Shown here in pieces: positions 1 through 9,200 of a stretch of 64,000 bases of DNA (its first letter is position 1; every line of letters begins with the position of its first letter). The notes beneath the pieces are model-generated. The model saw only the letters and a program-made list of their open reading frames with translations, was not told the DNA's origin and did not search any database. Source of the stretch: Diplonema japonicum (lineage: Eukaryota > Protista > Euglenozoa: Diplonemea). The DNA lies in assembly GCA_964019335.1 (NCBI GenBank), contig OZ025654.1, positions 620,001 through 684,000 of the forward strand. The letters are read 5' to 3'. The translations under genes and the position numbers were made by a program.

Positions 1-100
1 ATTTTTTGGGCCGTTTCCTTAAGAAGAAAGGGGTATCCCGAAGTATTGAAAAATAAGGAAACGGCAACGGAAACGGAAACGAAATGTTTGCTAACATAGG
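1..100. mobile_element. Partial copy of the GGCTATG-TIR MITE family (cut by window edge)
   Basis: Reverse complement reads cctatgttagcaa...cgtttccgtttccg...aggaaacggcccaaa, collinear with the MITE at 18702-18856; GGAAAC subterminal repeats. Confidence 0.65.
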
Positions 101-238
101 TCATTCCCGTTTTCTTTATCAGATAAAAAAGAAAGAGGCAGAGTCATTTCAAGCTCTTAAGTAGAATAGTAAAAGCAGAAAGTCCAATCGTCGTGCACAG
201 ACAGAAAACAAAAGCAAAAGATGCAAAAATAAAAAAAA

Positions 239-280
239 GAGACATTTAAGGGTACCTGCGGTATGTGGCAGGACGCCTGA
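239..280 (-). mobile_element. Extremely 5'-truncated (42 bp) copy of the LINE 3' end
   Basis: Identical over 42 nt to 13338-13379 (gagacatttaagggtacctgcggtatgtggcaggacgcctga); followed on the minus strand by a T tract. Confidence 0.9.
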
Positions 281-861
281 TAAAAAGAAAATCGTCTGGC
301 AGGAGAGATGTCATGTTAAAAAAAAAGTTTTTATATTTGGTCCTCTTTACTCTCTTTTTCTTTTTTGTTGTTACGAATATTTATCTCTTCCGAAAAAAAA
401 AAAAAAAAATTGATTTTTTATAACTAAATGCAACTTTGTGACGAGCGGGAAAAAAGTCGCGGCTTTTTTAAAACGGTTTTTTCCTTTTCTTTTTTTTCCT
501 TGCTCGTGCGAATAACAAAGACATATAGTCATAAAGAATTATTTTTTTTTCTTCCTTTTTCTTTTTTAGATCTTTTTATTCAGCGCAATATAGTTTTTAA
601 AAAAATCTGATAAGCCTGTGTTATGTGTACCAACGAGTAAGGGGTTTTTACTGTTCCGCACTTTTGGATCTCAGGTTTTTACCATATTATCTTTTGTTCG
701 TCCTTTCCTGTTCTTTGTGTATATGCAACTGCGCTGTTTGTGTGCAGGTTTAGAAACCTGCTTTCGGAGGAGCTTAAAACTCAAAATTATAAAAAAACAC
801 ATATCTGGCGTCGATTTGTTCTTGGAAAGAAATCCTAATCCCAATTCTCTTTTTTAAAACC

Positions 862-3800
862 TTAAACCCATGACAGTGTGTAAGCGTTACTCTTCTGGCT
901 GCTAGGGCTGCTCGGGGGTGCAGGCTTTATATCTTGCTTAGTCCTCAAGGATCTGCTGGATGACACCAAGAATGCAGGTGCCTTTGGTGAAAACTGTGAG
1001 GACGATAGGTGAGAGCGGACCCCCATCCTCCTGTCCAGCATCATAGGCAGCTGTTGCACACTTCCTGACCTCATGTTTGATGCGCCACTCCCACTGCTCA
1101 TCAAGCTCTGCGACCGTGAGACCTCATGCATCTCTGAGTACACTGTCTCCGTCTCTAGCAAAGGGATGTCTTCTATACAGTTTTTGATGTTGTTCTTCGG
1201 TCCTGCATTCCGGACCATCTCCCTCACAGCGTACCTCCTCGACAGGTAGATGTCGATGGCGTAAGTCCCGATGTCCCACAGGGCCTTCAGCAGGAGCAGG
1301 ATGGCGGAGACCAGGAGCATCCACCCAGCCGCCACGAACAGCATGTGGTCCTTCGACACCTCAGCGATGATCCCGATCGTCATGAACAGGACTGCAAACA
1401 CCATGAAGGCCGTCAGCGCGATCGAGATGAGGTTGTCCATCGCCGCCGAGAAGGGGCGTAGCCAGCACAGGAGCACCAAGTACGCCAAGAACAGCAGCGT
1501 GATGAGGCCGTTCCTCCCGTGGCACTGCATCCCGATACCGGGGCGCCATGCCGACAGCAATGACAGCAGCAGGATGCAGGCAAGCTCCGTCAGCACGAAC
1601 CAAGTCATCCCCTCACGGAAGGGTTCGAACACGACCCCGTACTGCTCCGTGAAGTAGCCCTCCTCCACCTCCCCCGACCCGACCCAGATCGTGTCCCCGA
1701 AGCAGAACCGGTAAGCCGTCTTCTTCCACCCTGTGTACGGGACAACCTTCTCAGAAGCCTCATCGGAAAGCATCTGCACCGCCTCGTCTTCCGGGAAGAG
1801 GCGAGGGTCGGGGATCGCCCGCGACAGCCTGGGGACATGGCGCAGCACCAGCAGGTAGAGAAGGGCAGGGGTCGCCAAGGTGAAGAGGAGGAGGGTCCAC
1901 CCCACAACCGTCGTCGCCGTGCTGTTGTTGTCCTCTGGGAAGAAGGCCATGCGGGCCGACACGAGGCTCGTCCCCTGCAAGAGGAACAGGTAAGGGACGT
2001 AGGACAGCCCAGGTGCCCTCGCCGTTGCCATCGACCTCGCCCACGACATATCGCTCATCTTGAAGATCGCAAAGGCCACCATGTACAGCACCACCAGGAA
2101 CCCCACACACACCACAGGGTTCATGATCGCTGCCGCCAGCATGTAGCGCCGCGTTCCAGCCCCGAAGGCCGCCCTCGTCGGGTGGAACTCCCAGTCGAGG
2201 TTCTTGTTGTGCTCCAGGTCCACGTCCTCCACCTCGCACCCGAACCCTTGCAACACAACGAGACGCGAGGCAGTCCCGCCCCCTGCCCCTGCTACGACTG
2301 CTGCCCCTGAAGCAGCAGATGTCGCAGTTTCTGTTTTCTTCTTTTGATCAGGTGGAAGCACCTGTGCGTACGGTGAAGGAGGTGCAGGTGTTGGTACTGC
2401 GGTAATCTGTAGACCCAACGGTGGGGTAGTAGGGGCCTGTGTGTTAGGAACTTGCGTGTTTGGTGCCTGAGTGGGTGTTTGAGTGAGTGGGGCGAATGTT
2501 GCCCCAGCTAACAAAGGTGCAGGAGTGCCAGGGGATGATGTAACTGGAGGGAAAGTCGCCCCGACTGGCAAAGATGTTGGGGCAGCCGTGTCAGGTGAAA
2601 GAGTGACGGGATTGAGTGTAGCAGGGTAAGGGGTGACTGGCACTGAGGTATCGGGAAATGGTGTCATCGGGACATTCGTAATGGGGGAAAGGGTATCAGG
2701 GACTGGTGTTTCTGGGGCAAGGGTATTCGGAGTTTGCGTGCTCGGTGCAGTGGTACCAGGCGCTTGCGTGGCAGGTGAAGGTGTTTGTGGTGCCGTTGTG
2801 ACAGGGACAGGAGTATCAGGGGAGGGGGTAGCTGGGGCCAACGTGGCGGGTGCCAGAGTGTCAGGAGTGTTTGTGTCAGGAACAGGTGTTTGTGGTGCTG
2901 AAGTATCAGGGAACGGGGTTGCAGGTGCCTGTGTGGCGGGAGCTGGAGTATCAGGTGCAAAGCTTGCTCCCATGGGAAGTGGTGTTGGTGCTACTGTGTC
3001 GGGTGCCGGAGTGTCGGGGGAAAGTGTGACAGGTGCTTGTGTTGCAGGAACTGGTGTTAGTGGTGCTGAAGTATCAGGGGAAGGGGTTGCAGGTGTTAGT
3101 GGTGCTGAAGTATCAGGGAAGGGGGTTGCAGGTGCTTGTGTGGCTGGAGCTGGAGTATCAGGTGCAAAAGTCGCGCCCATGGGAAGTGGTGTTGGTGCTA
3201 TCGTGTTGGGTGCTGGGGTATCAGGTGCGGGAGTGTTGGGTGCAGGAGTGTAAGGTGCCAGAGTATTGGGTGCTGGTGTGTTGGGTGCAGAAGTATCAGG
3301 CGCAGTAGTGTCTGGTGCAGTAGTGTCGGGTGCAGAAGTATCGGGCGCAGGAGTGTCGGGTGCTGTAGTGTCTGGTGCAGGCGTATCAGGTGCTGTAGTG
3401 TCTGGTGCTGTAGTGTCGGGTGCAGTAGTATCAGGCGCAGTAGTGTCTGGTGCAGGCGTATCGGGTGCAGTAGTGTCTGGTGCTGTAGTGTCGGGTGCAG
3501 TAGTATCAGGTGCAGTAGTATCAGGTGCAGTAGTGTCTGGTGCAGGCGTATCGGGTGCTGTAGTGTCTGGTGCTGTAGTGTCGGGTGCAGTAGTATCAGG
3601 CGCAGTAGTGTCTGGTGCAGGCGTATCGGGTGCTGTAGTGTCTGGTGCTGTAGTGTCTGGTGCTGTAGTGTCTGGTGCTGTAGTGTCTGGTGCAGTAGTG
3701 TCTGGTGCTGTAGTGTCTGGTGCTGTAGTGTCTGGTGCTGTAGTGTCTGGTGCAGTAGTATCAGGTGCTGGAGTGTCAGGTGCAGCAGTGTCGGGTACAG

Positions 3801-5381
3801 GTGTGCCAGGTGATTGAGTAGGAGGGCGTCTGTTTTAGTTACCGTATTCAAAAATATGTTCTACAGGAATAATGCCGAAATCTTTCTTTTTGCCTTCAAA
3901 GTGCAGAAATTAATTCCGGTGAGTATATTTGAAAAATAGCCTCCCCCCCAGGGCTACATTGTCGGCGTACGGCCGTACGTACGCGTATTTCGAACGTACG
4001 CCGTACGCACTTTTTTAGATTTGTTGCGTCGCGTACGTATTTTTTGCGTACGGCATTCATTTTGGAACTTCAACAAAAGCCTAAGGCAATATTCACGGGC
4101 ATGTGTCTCTTGCGGACCTATTGGCTGAGGCTTTTGGGTCAGGCCTGCGGTGTAGGGAGCTCGGTCGTTCAAGGTGAAGCCCAAAGATCGGCCAAGGCTG
4201 ATTCTCTTATTATAATTCAGATCAAACTCTACTTCAACAAACGTAGTTTCACCTGCACGCAGTTTGTGAGGGACTACTGTGTGACAGAACTGGCGTTAGA
4301 AAACCTGCAGGGCGCCCGATCCTGATGACGAAGAGAACGTCTGATAGAGACGAATCGGGTGTAAAAGTATTTGCATGAAGCCTGCCGCCGGCATAGCTGC
4401 CAGTTTTCGCACATTTTCGCATCTTCATGTCTGACTGAGCCCAAATTCGAGTTTGGCTCTAAAAAATAATCCATTTTTTTCCCTTTTTTTCTTTGGAACT
4501 GAAATTAACTTTCGTGTTGAGTCAAAAAAAGAAAGGAAAAAGGGAAAGACATACGTCGACATCCCTGCGATGACCTGCAGGTCTGAAGGACAGGCGTCGT
4601 CCGGGTTGCACGTCGCCCAATTAACGTCGCCTGACGGGTAGTTGTTTTTCAGGTTATCGCACGCGTTGCTACCCACGCAAGCTATTCCACAAGACCCTGA
4701 TGATAGCATGCTGGGACACTGAGGTTTGGCATTTTTGCACGAATCGGCCCCCTGACACTCCATAGAGCAGTCAGAGGCTGGGTACGAGGCACAGTCGAGT
4801 TGCGTACCTTCGCAAGACTTGTCAGTCCGGCAAACAACAGAAGCTTGGCCCGATCCCGTCAGGATGACCTCGGTGTTGCGACATGCTTTTTCAGAAACGC
4901 AGTCTACGTTGCAGTCGGAGGTAGCGGGGCAGTTGACGGTACTATCCTTACACACTTCTTTGTTGGCAGCGTCGTTGCACACGAGGTTCAAGGAACCTCC
5001 GTTGCCCTTTTGGAAGATTTTGATATTCTTGCATGATTTTTTGCCTGTGCAGTTGATGGTGCAGCTGCCTTGCTCGGGACAATATACTTGCGTTTTTTCG
5101 CAGGAATTCTCTGCAGTGCAATCCAAGGTGCAGTCGCCGGTGACGGGGCATGTCACAACAGCTTCTTTGCACGAGGTGAGGGCGTTGCACTCTATGTTGC
5201 ACGGCTGTGCAGCATCACAGGATACAGAACATGATTTGCAAGATGTACTAGTTGAGCAAGTTAGTGTCTCTGGCATCATGGAGCTCAGCGTTGCAGAGTT
5301 GCTTGTGCACCCGTTTAAGCTCTCGCATGGTCCACACATTGCTACAAGCAACAGCCACCATGGCACTGCTCGTGCATGCAT
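862..5381 (-). CDS. Two-exon surface protein (exons 5381-4555 and 3829-862): signal peptide, Cys-rich repeats, Pro/Thr/Ala/Asp mucin stalk, multi-pass TM C-terminal region
   Basis: ATG 5381 (MHARAVPWWLLLVAMC). Donor AC|GTATGT at 4554 and acceptor CTAAAACAG|A at 3830 join in frame (MST-RPPTQSP) into the 862..3180 ORF frame. Many hydrophobic helices in the C-terminal part; architecture resembles DGF-1-like euglenozoan surface proteins (inference). Confidence 0.85.
3290..3795 (-). repeat. 15-bp coding tandem repeat (APDTT/APDTP)n
   Basis: Repeated tctggtgctgtagtg variants. Confidence 0.95.
3830..4554 (-). other. GT-AG intron, 725 nt
   Basis: GTATGT donor, ...GTAACTAAAACAG acceptor; removal restores the reading frame. 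Confidence 0.85.
3949..4052. mobile_element. Possible MITE left end with CGTACG subrepeats inside the intron
   Basis: C-run followed by CAGGGCTAC, like the other MITE starts; multiple cgtacg copies; no matching right TIR found. Confidence 0.4.
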
Positions 5382-5771
5382 ATTCCTGTAGGTTCTTTTT
5401 TTTTTTTCGGAAGGGCAAAAGAAAGAAGAAAGGAAAACAAGGAAAGAAATAATATGACACACGAAAAAAAAAAAAAGAAAATATAATGAGAATAGAAAAA
5501 AGAAAAAAAAAAGAACAAAAAAAAAAGTAAGTGTACATCCCTCACATCTCCATTTAAAGTTTCTGAACAAAAGCGGGGGGGGGGGGGGGGGGGGGATGGG
5601 AGCGAGAGAGAGAGAGAAAAGGAAAAAAAACCCCCCCAGCGCAAATACTTGTACTTTTTTTTATTTATTTTCTTTATTTTCTTCACTCTCTTCAAAAGAG
5701 AACGAGGAATCCTCTTGGCGTTGATTGTGTATGTGGGTTACGGGGGTTTGACGACCCGAAGCGTTATTGTT

Positions 5772-5799
5772 TTCAGACAAGTCAAAGACTCGTTCTTGC
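5772..5799 (-). repeat. Dispersed GCAAGAACGAGTC-Tn-GACTTG hairpin signature, copy 1
   Basis: Near-identical to 11926-11955 and 37918-37944; preceded by a pyrimidine tract. Confidence 0.8.
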
Positions 5800-6235
5800 A
5801 AAAGGGGGGGAGAGAGATAATGTGTGCATGACAAAAATAGCGTAAGACACGTGGGTATTCTTTTTTTGCGAAAACAAATCTTTGTCAGTACCTTAAAAAG
5901 AAAAAAGACGAAAGAGAAACAGCGCTCCTCTTTCTTTTTTTTTTTTTGTTATTTCGAGTTACAAATACAACAAACCTGCTCTAAGCCATAATCCATGCAC
6001 ACAAACAAAAAAAAGAGTCGGCCTACTGTGGGGATAAACGGACAAGCTGCTCTACTCTTTCTTTTTGCAAGTTCTTGTTGTAAAAAAAAAAAAAAAAAGG
6101 GAAACAGAAAAATAGAATCTTTTGGGGTGAGAACCGGCGCTGTAGTTTCTTTTTTGGGGGGGAGCGCTTTAAAAAAAAAAAAAGCCGCAAAAAAAAAAAA
6201 GAAAAAAATAGATTGGGTCAAGAAAGAAAAAAACC

Positions 6236-9200
6236 TCAAAGGAGCAAATCTGAAGGGGTCTGTACGGGTAAATGAGGAGTAATGGGGGTTCGGGGGATGA
6301 ACAAGGTTGCCTCGGCGTAGGCACGGACCCTTTCATCATGGGCAAACCATGCCGCTTCTGCGAGCAAAGGGTCATCATGCTCTTCCATTGATCGCTGTTC
6401 AGTGATTTCATAAGAGTACTTCGGTGGGTTTCGCTTCAGGTACCCCACTGTTCTCATCTGCGAGGCAAGTACCCTGTTGCGCTCGGTAACGATGTCTGCT
6501 ATCGCCGTTTGGAACGCCAGTTCCTTCTTCTCGCAATAGTAAGCATGGTCCATCTGAATCTTGGCAAGTGCCGCCCTCACCTTCCCCTCTGCACGCTCGT
6601 TCCCGCATTGTGTCGCGATTACTACGCTTTCATATTTCTTTAGCAAGCTTGTCCTCCTCTCCGCAGCTTCCTTCTCTGCTACGGTACGCCTAAGCTTGAT
6701 CACCGTCGCCTGGTTCTCGGTTCTTAGCTTCTCCACCTGATCATGCAGTTCTGTTAAGAATTTCTTTTTCCTTCGCTTCCCCGTTGTGTCTTGTATCCTG
6801 TTCTTCACTTTGGTTATCTTCTGAACTTGCGGTGCCCTCCCAGGGCTCAACGATTCCGTCGCAGGCGTTATCGGCCCGTACAGTTTCTTGTACTTCTCAA
6901 TCCGTTCGCGTTGCCTGTCGCGCTCGCTGTCCAGCACGATCACCCTCTCGCGCAAATCGTTGTTGAGCGACACTAGCTGCTTCCTGATGCCCTTCTCCTC
7001 TAAGACCCGCTTTGACAGTGACTCCTCCCTCCGTCCGCTGTCCAGCAGAACAGTATGCATCTGCATCTTCAAGAAATACCGTGAAAGGAGGCTGTAATGG
7101 TGTACATCGCATGTGTAGCTGACATGGTTGACGACACGAGCACGCTTCTGCCTCGACGCCACGAAGCACCCCCATGCACGGTAGCACCTGCCTCGTAGCT
7201 GCATGTCTTCGCCCTCCGCTGCCACGTCGGCTAGCATGCCTGAGATGTGCTTTTGCAGCTGGTCTCTCTCCTGGTTGCGTTGTGCGTCTGTCAGTTTCAT
7301 CTTGTCGATGCTTGACGTGAGCTCTTTCACGGTGTTCTCTAGCTTCTCCACCTGCTTGTATGCCAGTTGTTCTTTTTCTTGATCACTTGTTTTGCACTCG
7401 AGCTCACGCTTAAGTTCAGCCAGCTCTTCATGTTGCGAGATCACCTTTTGCTCCCATGCCGCGATGCTGCTCTCTTGCACGTCGACCACCTGCTGCTCAA
7501 GCTGTGCGCACCTGCTTTTGTAGGTTTGCATTTCTTCTCCTCTCGCCTCTGATGCCTCCTGCAATGCCGCTAGCTGTTCCTTGTGCTCCTGTAGTTCTAC
7601 CCCTTTGGCTTCGGATGACTCAACCGCATCACGCATCAGCTGCTGCATCCCCTCCAACTCTGCGAGCTGTTCTTTGCACTGTTGAAGCTCTTGCTCTTTG
7701 ATAGCAAGGCCGTTCTGCGAGACATCCGCTTGCTCCTTGTATTTGCTGATCAGTGCGTCCTGCTCTGTGATGTAAGTCTCACGTGTTGCTTGTGAGTGGT
7801 TGATGGCGCTTTGTTGCTCTTTTAAATCCTGGAGCTTGTTCTCGAGGTCGGAAGCCACTCCTTTATAGGACAGAAGTTCCCTGATGTCGCCCCGCTGGTT
7901 GTCTGCCGTCATGGTGAGGGCAGCCTTTTCTTCTTGAATACGTAGGGCTTCGGCTTTTAAGTCTTCTATCTGCTGATCCTTGCTTTGTATCTCAAGCAAA
8001 TGTACACCAAGGTTCGCCTTCTGCAGAGCATGCTGAGCTTGCAAGTCTTCGATGGTTTGGATCAGCTCCGCGGCCTCTGCATCCTTTGTGCCAAGGCATT
8101 TTTCGTTCTGGTTCACCGTAGCTCGCAGCACTTCCAACTCTTTGTCCTGCTCTCTTGACACTTGCTCTCTATGTGTGAGGTCCCCGCGCCATTGCTCGCC
8201 ATCCCTTGCCACCTCCTCCAGTTTGTCCTGTAGAGCTGTGCATTTTGTTCTGAAACAGTCTACCTCCGCATCGCGCTCGTGAAGTTCTCTTTCTAAGGAT
8301 GCCTCTTTGTTCCGCAGCACCTCATGCTTTGCTTTAAGTATTTTCAGATCGTCTCTTGTCTGGCAGGCTTCCTGTCGGTATGCCGTCACCTCCTGCTCTC
8401 TGATGCTGCTGTCCCCTTGCCGTGTTTCAAGTTCCCTTTGGAGAGTGACGATCTTGTGCCTGCAGCTGCTTAGTTCGCTCTCCTGCAAGTCGATGGTTTC
8501 CTTTTGTGTCGCTGAGTGCTGTTTCACTTCAAACAGCTCGGTGTTGAGATGCTCTTCAGAAACAATGTTCTCTTCAGTGTGCTGCTCCATGTCCTTTACC
8601 TTGCTCTTGAGGGACATCACCGTGGTGTGCAACAGTTCGTTTTCCGAGTTTTGGAACTCCATTTCAGTGCGGATTGAACCGAGTGCCTCGCGCAGGTGCT
8701 GCGTGTCTGCGTCGTTCCCGTCGTTCTCCTTCTGCAGCATGTCGATCCTCTTCATGAAGGCACCTTCTTTCTCTTTGAATACTTGTTTCTGATCACGCAG
8801 GTCTGTCTCGGTTTCCTGCAGCCTGACTTGCAGGCTTGTAATGTTACGCTGCAGTTCCGTTTGTTCTGTGTCGCTACGAGCACTTTTCATCTGCTGTTCG
8901 CCCAGCACCGCATTCAACTCCAAATGAAGCTGCTCGTTATCCCTGATCACGTTTTCTACCTCTAGCTTTAAGGATGTTATCTCCGCACTTTGCGCAAGGT
9001 CCCGGTCACGTGAGGAGGTCAACTCTGTGTGCAGTTCGTCAAGCTCTCGTAAGAACTCCTCGTTCTGTGTCTCTTGCACGGCACACTTTTCAGTAAGGAG
9101 CGTATTCTGCTCCCGAAGTTCGAACACCTCCTCGATCCTCCGTTCCTGCTGCTCCTCGAGCTCCATTTGCTTTGCTCGCAACGTCTCCTCCTCGTTGTAG

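Noticed and set aside
2633-3851. Alternative-frame and antisense ORFs (GAVVS, CCSVW, LQHQT repeats)
   Set aside because: Artefacts of the 15-bp coding repeat.
4313-4361. Hairpin with TGATGA and CTGA (box C/D-like or hammerhead-like) in the intron
   Set aside because: Antisense to the host gene, boxes too close together, no GAAA.
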